A DNA stretch of 64,000 nt from positions 213,962,001-214,026,000 of the forward strand of contig OZ024741.1 of NCBI GenBank assembly GCA_964016885.1, written 5' to 3'. The notes beneath the pieces were generated by a model. The model saw only the letters and a list, made by a program, of their open reading frames with translations. It did not search any database and was not told the DNA's origin. Every line of letters begins with the position of its first letter. Within the stretch, counting starts at the first letter, position 1. The stretch is from Eledone cirrhosa. Taxonomy: Eukaryota. The position numbers were made by a program, and so were the translations under genes. Below are positions 40,351 to 53,144 of the stretch, piece after piece.

Positions 40351-41207
40351 GTATAAAGATAACAAAATAGGTGTTGGGACTTAATCTCCAGATGACCTGG
40401 AACTCTGACTGAGGCTAACACTTTAAAGAGAAACTCTAGAACATCGTAATGAATACAATTAAAGCCAGCATTTCTGAATTCTATTATAACTATGACTACC
40501 AGGCTGTGCAGAGGGGAGAGAGGTGTGTTTTTAATCGCCAAAAGACTGCCACCTACTCCTGAAGGTGATAAATCAGACAAACAAATACGTAGACTGACAA
40601 TCATCCAAATATATTTTTCATTTTGTAATATTTACATTTCAGCTTGTTTATTCCCAAGTAGTTTTCAAACTAGATGTTAACACTTTTGTACATCGTCGTA
40701 ATAGTGTTCTTGTCTTAGATGTACGAAACTACAGACATGTCTGATTACTACCAAATTTAGAAAACACAGTAAACCCCAGTTTTACATATCAAAGTCAGCT
40801 TGGCGCAGGTAATTGGAATTGAAAAGTTATGCATACAAGTATTAAATAAAAAAATTCTAACCATCCTGAAACTAAAAAGCCTAAGCACAGGGCACAAATA
40901 TATCAATACGACCGTCGCTAGTGGGACCCCTACTGCAGGGGACTCGGGGCAATTGTTTTCCTTGTCCCCTATTAAATCCAGCCCTGATCGCGAGTCAAAA
41001 CATGCCTAGTAAGTGCAATCGGGTTGACAGAAGCTGGTTCGAAGCCTGTCAGATGGACTGTACCAGTAATTCAACGTACACGCTTTTCATACAGTAGGTC
41101 ACACTGGATCTCCATCAGAATTCTGTTAAGGGTACACATGTCTGTGGAATGCTCAGGCACGTAGACGTTATATTCATGAGGAGCCTGCTATGTTGATCGA
41201 ATAAATA

Positions 41208-41405
41208 CGAAAGTCGGCTGAAAAGTTTATAGACCGATTATGTAGGAGTGATGCGAGCGCTGTGAAATTATGCGTGCATTAATTTCAACTCTTCTTATAA
41301 ATAACTGTATTGTTTCTTTGTGGAGACTATGTTGAGAAATAAATTTCATTTGATCATTCCCTGAGAGTATCTTGATCAGCCTCTGAACTTTTCAGTCGAC
41401 CTTCG
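41208..41405. mobile_element. ~198-bp Tc1/mariner-type MITE with TA target site duplication
   Basis: TIRs ta|CGAAAGTCGGCTGAAAAGTT ... AACTTTTCAGTCGACCTTCG|ta. Confidence 0.75.
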
Positions 41406-41511
41406 TAAAATAATCATCTTCGAAACCGATGGAGGTTCATCTGTCAATTAGAATGATTGTACTGATTGTATATGCCTGTATATCACACATGAATCTCACA
41501 AAATCGTTTCA

Positions 41512-41925
41512 TTGGCAGTATCGGTAGAGAGTCGGACACCATGCTTTGAAGCATAGAGTTACGTCCCTTTATGATCTAAGTTCAAATCCCACCCAGGTTA
41601 ACTTTGCCTTTCTTCCTTACGGGGTCGATAAAATAAAGTACCAGTAATGTACTGGTGAATTTGCTGGCCTTGTGCCTAAAATAGAAACAATTATTATTTG
41701 TATTGAGGACGGTGGATTGGCAGTATCATTAGAGCGTCGGACACCATGCTTTGTAGCATAGAGTTATGGCCCTTCATGATCTGAGTTCAAATCTGGCCGA
41801 GGTTAACTTTGTCTTTCATCTTTACGGGGTCGATAAAATAAAGTACCAGTCACGCACTGGGGTCGATTTGATCGACTTCCCCCTCCCCCAAAATTGCTGG
41901 CCTTGTGCCTAAAGTAGAAACAATT
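41512..41925 (+). mobile_element. Two tandem OK-like tRNA-derived SINE copies (41512-41695, 41708-41925)
   Basis: Same A box, B box and core as 20930. Confidence 0.85.
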
Positions 41926-42109
41926 ATTTTTATTGAGAAACAAAGATGGCAGTTGTCAGAATTCGTTATCAGAATTCTACATGACTAGAACTGTTTCCTC
42001 CGAATGAAACAGTTCTAGTCCTGTAGAAGCCATTTCTATATTAAATTACTTTTACTCTGCTATGTATTGAGTACCTTACTTACTGTGGTTATCCCCGGTC
42101 TAACCGGGG

Positions 42110-42208
<99 letters not shown>

Positions 42209-42449
42209 AATATATATATATATTTATATATATATATACGCACATACAGGTGTATATGGTGTATATGTGAGTGTATCTGTGTGTGTAAGTTTGTATGTTT
42301 ATATTGTACGAACGCTACAATTTAACAAAATAATTCTGAAACACTTTTATCCATACCATCGTTATCTTTCTCTTTCACTATCTTTTATCGTTCACTATCT
42401 CTCACTATCACTCTCTCTCTCCCTCTCTCTCTCTCTGTCTCACACACAC

Positions 42450-42541
<92 letters not shown>

Positions 42542-42703
42542 ATTGGAATAAATGCTCTGAAATAGCGATATATATGTGAATATAGACATAGAATATTCGA
42601 AAATATTCTGTATGTTTATAATAAACATTTTGAAGACCTAATCGCTATAGAATAGAATACGTCACGTATTACAATTAGATTCTCGATAAAAGCAAGGGAA
42701 GTA

Positions 42704-42742
42704 AGTCTACGCGTTTCATTCTTGTTAGAATTCATCAGGACT
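42704..42742 (-). ncRNA. Family A hammerhead core on the minus strand; further copies at 43015, 43326, 43637, 43948
   Basis: agtctacgcgtttcattcttgttagaattcatcaggact is the exact reverse complement of the + strand core. Confidence 0.92.
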
Positions 42743-44304
42743 ACATATCCAGTGCTTTTATCGAGAATGACACAGCTAGAGACTTATAGAATACTTAGCT
42801 GTGTACAGGAACTGGTTTGAAAGAGCGGTTGCCGGTCCGGCAGAAATTAGAAATTGGAATAAATGCTCTGAAATAGCGATATATATGTGAATATAGACAT
42901 AGAATATTCGAAAATATTCTGTATGTTTATAATAAACATTTTGAAGACCTAATCGCTATAGAATAGAATACGTCACGTATTACAATTAGATTCTCGATAA
43001 AAGCAAGGGAAGTAAGTCTACGCGTTTCATTCTTGTTAGAATTCATCAGGACTACATATCCAGTGCTTTTATCGAGAATGACACAGCTAGAGACTTATAG
43101 AATACTTAGCTGTGTACAGGAACTGGTTTGAAAGAGCGGTTGCCGGTCCGGCAGAAATTAGAAATTGGAATAAATGCTCTGAAATAGCGATATATATGTG
43201 AATATAGACATAGAATATTCGAAAATATTCTGTATGTTTATAATAAACATTTTGAAGACCTAATCGCTATAGAATAGAATACGTCACGTATTACAATTAG
43301 ATTCTCGATAAAAGCAAGGGAAGTAAGTCTACGCGTTTCATTCTTGTTAGAATTCATCAGGACTACATATCCAGTGCTTTTATCGAGAATGACACAGCTA
43401 GAGACTTATAGAATACTTAGCTGTGTACAGGAACTGGTTTGAAAGAGCGGTTGCCGGTCCGGCAGAAATTAGAAATTGGAATAAATGCTCTGAAATAGCG
43501 ATATATATGTGAATATAGACATAGAATATTCGAAAATATTCTGTATGTTTATAATAAACATTTTGAAGACCTAATCGCTATAGAATAGAATACGTCACGT
43601 ATTACAATTAGATTCTCGATAAAAGCAAGGGAAGTAAGTCTACGCGTTTCATTCTTGTTAGAATTCATCAGGACTACATATCCAGTGCTTTTATCGAGAA
43701 TGACACAGCTAGAGACTTATAGAATACTTAGCTGTGTACAGGAACTGGTTTGAAAGAGCGGTTGCCGGTCCGGCAGAAATTAGAAATTGGAATAAATGCT
43801 CTGAAATAGCGATATATATGTGAATATAGACATAGAATATTCGAAAATATTCTGTATGTTTATAATAAACATTTTGAAGACCTAATCGCTATAGAATAGA
43901 ATACGTCACGTATTACAATTAGATTCTCGATAAAAGCAAGGGAAGTAAGTCTACGCGTTTCATTCTTGTTAGAATTCATCAGGACTACATATCCAGTGCT
44001 TTTATCGAGAATGACACAGCTAGAGACTTATAGAATACTTAGCTGTGTACAGGAACTGGTTTGAAAGAGCGGTTGCCGGTCCGGCAGAAATTAGAAATTG
44101 GAATAAATGCTCTGAAATAGCGATATATATGTGAATATAGACATAGAATATTCGAATATTTTCGAATATTCTATGTCTATATTCACATATATATCGCTAT
44201 TTCAGAGCATTTATTCCAATTTCTAATTTCTGCCGGACCGGCAACCGCTCTTTCAAACCAGTTCCTGTACACAGCTAAGTATTCTATAAGTCTCTAGCTG
44301 TGTC

Positions 44305-44394
44305 ATTCTCGATAAAAGCACTGGATATGTAGTCCTGATGAATTCTAACAAGAATGAAACGCGTAGACTTACTTCCCTTGCTTTTATCGAGAAT
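44305..44394 (+). ncRNA. Type I hammerhead ribozyme (family A); + strand copies with cores at 44331, 44642, 44953, 45264, 45575, 45886, 46197
   Basis: AGTC-CTGATGA-ATTCT-AACA-AGAAT-GAAA-CGC-GTA|GACT; palindromic stem III ACGCGT; stem I extended through an internal loop by a perfect 16-bp helix ATTCTCGATAAAAGCA/TGCTTTTATCGAGAAT. Confidence 0.92.
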
Positions 44395-46358
44395 CTAATT
44401 GTAATACGTGACGTATTCTATTCTATAGCGATTAGGTCTTCAAAATGTTTATTATAAACATACAGAATATTTTCGAATATTCTATGTCTATATTCACATA
44501 TATATCGCTATTTCAGAGCATTTATTCCAATTTCTAATTTCTGCCGGACCGGCAACCGCTCTTTCAAACCAGTTCCTGTACACAGCTAAGTATTCTATAA
44601 GTCTCTAGCTGTGTCATTCTCGATAAAAGCACTGGATATGTAGTCCTGATGAATTCTAACAAGAATGAAACGCGTAGACTTACTTCCCTTGCTTTTATCG
44701 AGAATCTAATTGTAATACGTGACGTATTCTATTCTATAGCGATTAGGTCTTCAAAATGTTTATTATAAACATACAGAATATTTTCGAATATTCTATGTCT
44801 ATATTCACATATATATCGCTATTTCAGAGCATTTATTCCAATTTCTAATTTCTGCCGGACCGGCAACCGCTCTTTCAAACCAGTTCCTGTACACAGCTAA
44901 GTATTCTATAAGTCTCTAGCTGTGTCATTCTCGATAAAAGCACTGGATATGTAGTCCTGATGAATTCTAACAAGAATGAAACGCGTAGACTTACTTCCCT
45001 TGCTTTTATCGAGAATCTAATTGTAATACGTGACGTATTCTATTCTATAGCGATTAGGTCTTCAAAATGTTTATTATAAACATACAGAATATTTTCGAAT
45101 ATTCTATGTCTATATTCACATATATATCGCTATTTCAGAGCATTTATTCCAATTTCTAATTTCTGCCGGACCGGCAACCGCTCTTTCAAACCAGTTCCTG
45201 TACACAGCTAAGTATTCTATAAGTCTCTAGCTGTGTCATTCTCGATAAAAGCACTGGATATGTAGTCCTGATGAATTCTAACAAGAATGAAACGCGTAGA
45301 CTTACTTCCCTTGCTTTTATCGAGAATCTAATTGTAATACGTGACGTATTCTATTCTATAGCGATTAGGTCTTCAAAATGTTTATTATAAACATACAGAA
45401 TATTTTCGAATATTCTATGTCTATATTCACATATATATCGCTATTTCAGAGCATTTATTCCAATTTCTAATTTCTGCCGGACCGGCAACCGCTCTTTCAA
45501 ACCAGTTCCTGTACACAGCTAAGTATTCTATAAGTCTCTAGCTGTGTCATTCTCGATAAAAGCACTGGATATGTAGTCCTGATGAATTCTAACAAGAATG
45601 AAACGCGTAGACTTACTTCCCTTGCTTTTATCGAGAATCTAATTGTAATACGTGACGTATTCTATTCTATAGCGATTAGGTCTTCAAAATGTTTATTATA
45701 AACATACAGAATATTTTCGAATATTCTATGTCTATATTCACATATATATCGCTATTTCAGAGCATTTATTCCAATTTCTAATTTCTGCCGGACCGGCAAC
45801 CGCTCTTTCAAACCAGTTCCTGTACACAGCTAAGTATTCTATAAGTCTCTAGCTGTGTCATTCTCGATAAAAGCACTGGATATGTAGTCCTGATGAATTC
45901 TAACAAGAATGAAACGCGTAGACTTACTTCCCTTGCTTTTATCGAGAATCTAATTGTAATACGTGACGTATTCTATTCTATAGCGATTAGGTCTTCAAAA
46001 TGTTTATTATAAACATACAGAATATTTTCGAATATTCTATGTCTATATTCACATATATATCGCTATTTCAGAGCATTTATTCCAATTTCTAATTTCTGCC
46101 GGACCGGCAACCGCTCTTTCAAACCAGTTCCTGTACACAGCTAAGTATTCTATAAGTCTCTAGCTGTGTCATTCTCGATAAAAGCACTGGATATGTAGTC
46201 CTGATGAATTCTAACAAGAATGAAACGCGTAGACTTACTTCCCTTGCTTTTATCGAGAATCTAATTGTAATACGTGACGTATTCTATTCTATAGCGATTA
46301 GGTCTTCAAAATGTTTATTATAAACATACAGAATATTTTCGAATATTCTATGTCTATA

Positions 46359-46396
<38 letters not shown>

Positions 46397-46478
46397 GAAG
46401 TAATATTTAAATTGTTGGGATACAACAAGCAAATATTTTTATAACAGATATAAAGCACTCGACAAATTATTGGAGTAA

Positions 46479-46859
46479 ATATACGATATATTAACAAATG
46501 GAAACTATATTTATAAAACCCTATTTATTTCATTATACATATTTCAATGACACCAAGTCAAATTATGGTGCGCTTTCATCAGATAAAATATAATATACAT
46601 CAGTTTTATAAATAAATATTGACATACCCTTAAAGAATGCGGCCATTTCTGTTGGAAGCTCCCGGATAGATCTCTATCCGGGAGCTTCCAACAGAAATGG
46701 CCGCATTCTTTAACGGTATGTCAATATTTATTCATAAAAGTGATGTATATTATATTTTATCTGATGAAAGCGCACCATAATTTGACTTGGTGTCATTGAA
46801 ATATGTATAATGAAATAAATAGGGTTTTATAAATATAGTTTCCATTTGTTAATATATCG

Positions 46860-46864
<5 letters not shown>
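46479..46864. mobile_element. ~385-bp near-perfect palindrome (centre 46671/46672) with a family-B-like HHR on each strand
   Basis: ...gctcccggataga-tc-tctatccgggagc...; + strand HHR TATTTTAT-CTGATGA(46761)-GCACCA..TGGTGT-GAAA(46798)-TATGT-ATA|ATGAAATA; mirror copy at ~46526-46590; homologous to 17040-17215. Confidence 0.85.
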
Positions 46865-46892
<28 letters not shown>

Positions 46893-46951
46893 CAAGGCTC
46901 TGATACCATCAACACCATAAACACAGAGCTGGCATATATAAGAACTGACTA

Positions 46952-47007
46952 ACTGCCTGATGAGGTCATAGTCATTCAATGGCTATCATCGAAATATATA
47001 TAGCAGT
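46952..47007 (+). ncRNA. Type I hammerhead ribozyme (family E) in a ~165-bp TA-flanked island (46889-47053)
   Basis: ACTGC-CTGATGA-GGTc-ATAGTCAT-TCA-ATGGCTAT-cATC-GAAA-TATAT-ATA|GCAGT; palindromic stem III. Confidence 0.82.
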
Positions 47008-47075
47008 AAATAAAGGATTATGAGTTCATGCAATTGACTTATGTTTCGTCACTATATATATATATATATATGTAA

Positions 47076-47117
<42 letters not shown>

Positions 47118-47255
47118 TATAACCCACACGATACAATCTGGTAAAGAAACCGAATAGTACTTATTCCCTAAGCAAAACAACGGGCTATGCACTTGTATTC
47201 AGAGGTGCGTGTGTAATATATATATATGCACATATATATATATATGTGTCTGTGT

Positions 47256-47429
<174 letters not shown>

Positions 47430-47736
47430 AACACGTGTTTCTGTATATACACTCCAAGATATCTATACCGAATAACCCAAACAACGCAATGTATTCCCGA
47501 AGGAAACTTTTTATTATCAGAGAAAAATAGAAACAGAAAAACTCTACACGTATAAAAGTCCATATTTTTTGTCAGCTGTACTTAAACGATGTGTTATTAT
47601 TGTTGATGTTGTTGGTGTTATTGTTGTTAAAGTTGTTGAATCTATTGTCATTACGGTGATTACTATTGTTGTTGTTGTTGTTGTTTTGTTCATTGTTAAT
47701 CTTCGTTATTCCTTTTTTTTTCTGTTTTCTTTTCTC

Positions 47737-47787
<51 letters not shown>

Positions 47788-47855
47788 GAAAGGTATAGAA
47801 ATTGTTTCAGCGAGAAGCCAACAGCATATATATATATATATACATTTTATATATC

Positions 47856-47932
<77 letters not shown>

Positions 47933-48028
47933 ATATATATATATATATGTAAGTATGTATATATATATATATATATATGTGTGTATATATACAATATATA
48001 TATGTATATATATATACATACAATATAT

Positions 48029-48077
<49 letters not shown>

Positions 48078-48083
48078 TTACAT

Positions 48084-48133
<50 letters not shown>

Positions 48134-48470
48134 TGAGCGAGGTTTCATAATTTTACCTATTGTTATATTTTCTGTTTTTATTTTTTATTCTTGTTTTATT
48201 TTTATTGTGATTGATCTTCTTCGTTTTCTTCCTCTTTCTTTTTATTGATCTTCTTGTTCCTTTTCTTTCTTTTCTTTTCTTTTTGTACTCCTCTTCCTCA
48301 CCCTCCCCCTTATTCTTCTTCGTATTTTTCTTCTTCTCCTTCTCCCTCTTCTCCCCTCCTCCTTTTCTTATTCCCTTCTTCTTCTTCTTCTCCCCCCCCC
48401 CCCGTCTTTGTATTGTCCTCTACATGTCGGCCCTTGTGGCTATATCATGAAATTATTATTATTATTATCA

Positions 48471-48517
<47 letters not shown>

Positions 48518-48785
48518 CTGAATGTTATCTTTCTCAAGTAGCAACTATCTCTATGGTTTATATTCTCCTCCTTCATGAGAAAAAAAAGGTGGATTTTAAA
48601 TCCTCTGAGAAGTTTATGTTGTTGTTGTTATTATTGTTGTTGTTCTCTTTACAACAGCAACAAGCAGCAGCTATTGTTAGAATTATTACACTAAACGACA
48701 TCGCATTGTGTAACACAGCCACAAACACATACATACATACATACATACATACATACACACACACATACATACATACATACATACA

Positions 48786-48819
<34 letters not shown>

Positions 48820-49228
48820 CATACATACATACATACATACAGACAGACATACATACATACATACCTACATACATACATACATCCATACATACATACATAT
48901 ATACATACATACATACATACATACAGACAGACATACATACAGACATACATACATACATACATACATACATACATACATACATACATACATACATACATAC
49001 ATACATACATTTATATTCATTTATGCATACATACTTACATACTTATATAGAAACGTACGGGTGTGTGTGTGTGTGTATATATATGTATATATATGTATAT
49101 ATATATATGTGTGAGAGAGAGAGATACATCTATACATCCATACCAATATATAGAACTATGTCAAGATTACAATACATTATAAGCAGTATCAACACCATTA
49201 AAGCTATTACATGTATATAATACCATTA

Positions 49229-49311
<83 letters not shown>

Positions 49312-49437
49312 GAGAACTCAAAGAAAACAAAACACCTCTGTTATAAATGTTATTAATACTATTACCACCACTACTGACAATAACAATAACATCACTCTAT
49401 CTCACACCTATAACACTTTACCTCTCTCATTGGTTGG

Positions 49438-49562
<125 letters not shown>

Positions 49563-50036
49563 TATATATAAATGAATTATTTCCGTAGGAAAGGTAAAGG
49601 AAAATGGAGTGATCTATGTAGGCTACAGAGCTTTTTAGTTATGTAATAAACATAAGATAATTATTTCATTTACCAAAGGTTTTACGAAGAGAGACGAATT
49701 TGACACTTATGTCTGCCTTCAATCATCACAACGAATTTATTATATACTAACTGGCCCGCCCGCTGGCGCCGGGCTAGGTACACCGGCATTTTATCTTTTC
49801 AGGAATTCCCCCTACACTCCAGATACCGCACGCCCTCTCAAGTCAGAGAGGGGGTGGGGGTGTAACGTGCTCTGATGTTGGGTTTGAATAGTTTTTAGGA
49901 TTCCCCAATTCAGCAGCCAGGACGTTAAAGAAAATTGATAGTTACAACAATAAAGGCTGAACAGAGAACGCATTTTTTAACAAACAATAATTTGTACAAC
50001 CATAATGGAAATTCCAAGTAATAGAAAATATTTAAA

Positions 50037-50156
50037 TTACATTGTTAGAGCCTCAGAGTATACAATGTTTTTTGTTCGGCCCTCCTGAGCAAAGATGAAG
50101 AGATTGTTTGGCGAGCTCACCCTAGAGCATCCTACATACAATTGACCATGGCAGAA
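50037..50156 (-). pseudogene. Helitron Pif1-like helicase C-terminus FCHGQLYVGCSRVSSPNNLFIFAQEGRTKNIVYSEALTM*
   Basis: Hand translation; matches helicase motif VI (FSHGQLYVAxSRV) and terminal TKNIVYxE. Confidence 0.9.
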
Positions 50157-50585
50157 TCACTGATTTCGTAGCTCGTCTCGCGGAGAAGCTCTGTAGACGT
50201 TGACCTCTGGACACTCCTGTCTACGAGCAATCTCCAGCCTACGAGCAATCTCCAGGACACTGTTTTCAAGACAAATGAGCGCCTCATTGAAAACGACATC
50301 GTATGTTACGTTTGGATTGTGTCTGCGTGTGCGGTGGAGGATGTCCTCAGCTAGACTTTCACGGTAGTTGTTCCACAGTGTGAGATCGCAGTTGTGCAGC
50401 ATAATAGCAAAAGATTTTCGCAGCTGGGAAGGGACTTTAGCAGCTGCTGCTTCTTGCAGGGTGAGGTGCCAATTGCTGTCATTGTGCAATATACCACGCA
50501 TCTGGCAAGCCAAACAGTAAGTGGAACATTGATGGCCATTGATGGTTCTCAGATCTTGGAAAGACTGAGGTCCTCTAACCTCGAA
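50157..50585 (-). pseudogene. Helitron RepHel fragment (region between the Rep and helicase domains)
   Basis: VRGPQSFQDLRTINGHQCSTYCLACQMRGILHNDSNWHLTLQEAA...QLRKSFAIML...LWNNYRESLAEDI matches the Helitron motif RGPTSFxDLRTVNG...ACxxxGLLxDDxxW...LWxxxxxxLSED. Confidence 0.85.
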
Positions 50586-51666
50586 CAGTTACAATGACGA
50601 TAAACCGTCTGTGCTTTCGGGAAATAAATAGGTTTTTGTTTTTGTGTATGCAAAAATATCTGTACACGAATATATATATTAAAATAACATTGAAGTTTAA
50701 GCAAAGAATCACTGCTTTCACCCTTAACTAAAAAAACCAGTCTGTAAACGTATAAGTAAATATTTCGAAAAACGTTATCTAATGCTATGTATCTATCTAA
50801 AAAGACAGACTAAAAAAAAAGAGGGGAATGTTGTGCGACGCCTTAAGAAAGAGCGAGGAATGACGTATAACTGGAAGTGTTGACATTTGAAATTTTAAAG
50901 AAGTGAATATTTAAATAACGTCTTTAATCTTTTAACAAAATTCAGTAGACAAAAATACCCTCATTTTTTTACTTGGAAAAAGTTATATCTATGGCGAAAA
51001 GTTTGTTACCTACATACGGCCGTCAGCTTTATAGTATAGATATAGAGATAGATAGATAGATAGATGGATTTATTTTTGTTTTCTTACTTGCATTACGTTT
51101 TATTACGTCGAACTTTCTTTCCTCTTTTCTCTATAAAGCGTGAAACTAATACGACTTTTTGCACCCCCGTTTGTCGTTTTCTTGAACTATATATATATAT
51201 ATATATTAGAGCAAACATCACGGGCGCTCTATCTCAAAATTATTTTTGAAAAGCATTAGAAATGCGCAACCGGTAAAACTTAAAACCAAACTGAATACTA
51301 ACCAATACTATTACTAATTTTTACTTATTCCTAATTAAACTATTTTTCACTGGGAACAATTTGTCAGCATTTTCTTTTCCTTTTACCAATATATATAGAG
51401 AGAGAGAGGGAGAGGGAGAAGAGGATGGCTGTGTAGTTGCTAGTTAAGTAAGTTAGGCTTAAAAATGGAATGAGAATAAGAAGAAAGCAAGTTATTTCAA
51501 CTATTATTTATAGTGACCGACTGGTGTTATGGTCGTTTGTGTTGGGACTCATATATTTCAAAGTTTTAAAATGTTCCAGTGCTTAAGTCAACCGTTTATT
51601 CTATACACACCGATACACACACATGCATTCATTTATATGTATGTGTGAGTTTATGTGTATGTACAT

Positions 51667-51709
<43 letters not shown>

Positions 51710-52087
51710 GTGCGGTGAGGGGTGAGGGATAGTGGTAGTGATGCTATTACCAGAGGTTGTCATGATGATGGTGAAGGGTTTGGAGGCTTGTGGTGTTGGT
51801 GGTGGTGGTGGTATTGGTGATGGTGCTTGTGATGGTGATGGTGATGGTATTGGTGATGGTGCATGTGATGGTGATGGTGATGGTGCTTGTGCTTGTGATG
51901 GTGGTGGTGATGGTGTTGGTGCTTGTGGTGGTGATGGTTGTGATGAATGGAGATGGGGTTGGGATAGTGGTGTTTGTGATGGTGGGGTTGGTGTTGCTGG
52001 TCGTCGTCTTCGTCGTTGTCATGATCATGGTGGTGGTGGTGGTGGTTGTCGTATGTATATACACGCACACACACACACATGTATATG

Positions 52088-52118
<31 letters not shown>

Positions 52119-52389
52119 ATGTGTGTGTATTTATGTGTATGTATATGTGTGTGTCAATATGTATGTATATATATATATATATATATAAACAGCGTCCATT
52201 ACCCCGTGCCTGAAATACTGTATACGCTTCATTCATCGTACTTTACTCTGTTACTTGAGCCTCCCTCTTTCTTCACTCATCTCTCACTATTCTTACTCAA
52301 ACTGATCCCTATCTGAAAAATGTCAGCACAGAACTTAACTCGTCTGCTCTAAATAACTCTGAAATAATTGTTCCCAGCTACGACACCAT

Positions 52390-52518
<129 letters not shown>

Positions 52519-52519
52519 A

Positions 52520-52570
<51 letters not shown>

Positions 52571-52585
52571 TGTATAAATATATGT

Positions 52586-52728
<143 letters not shown>

Positions 52729-52748
52729 AATGTGTGTGTGTGTATATA

Positions 52749-52947
<199 letters not shown>

Positions 52948-53049
52948 ATGTGTGTGTGTATATATATGTGTGTGGGTATATATAAATGTGTGTGTGTATA
53001 TATATATTTTACAGTATTTACTGTATATATATATACACACATATAAATA

Positions 53050-53104
<55 letters not shown>

Positions 53105-53144
53105 GGTAAATACTGGCTTGTCTGGTCTGGATTATTCCAGCCTA

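Larger units (their letters stand above)
42541..46362. mobile_element. Retrozyme-like array of a 311-bp hammerhead-containing unit: 5 units plus partial, fold-back at ~44154, then 7 inverted units plus partial; (TA)n on both sides
   Basis: aattggaat starts at 42541, 42852, 43163, 43474, 43785, 44096; inverted gaatattttcgaatattc at 44154 + 311k up to 46331; units look identical by eye; one HHR per unit. Confidence 0.9.
49747..51040 (-). mobile_element. Internally deleted Helitron (~1.3 kb) with both termini
   Basis: Minus strand starts A|TCTATACTATAAAG and ends with hairpin GCCCG..CGGGC followed by TTAG|T (CTRR variant, A/T target, no TSD); contains RepHel coding fragments. Confidence 0.85.

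Noticed and set aside
42541-46362. CRISPR array or rRNA/snRNA gene array
   Set aside because: Units are identical with no variable spacers, no cas genes are present, and I recognise no 5S or snRNA sequence.
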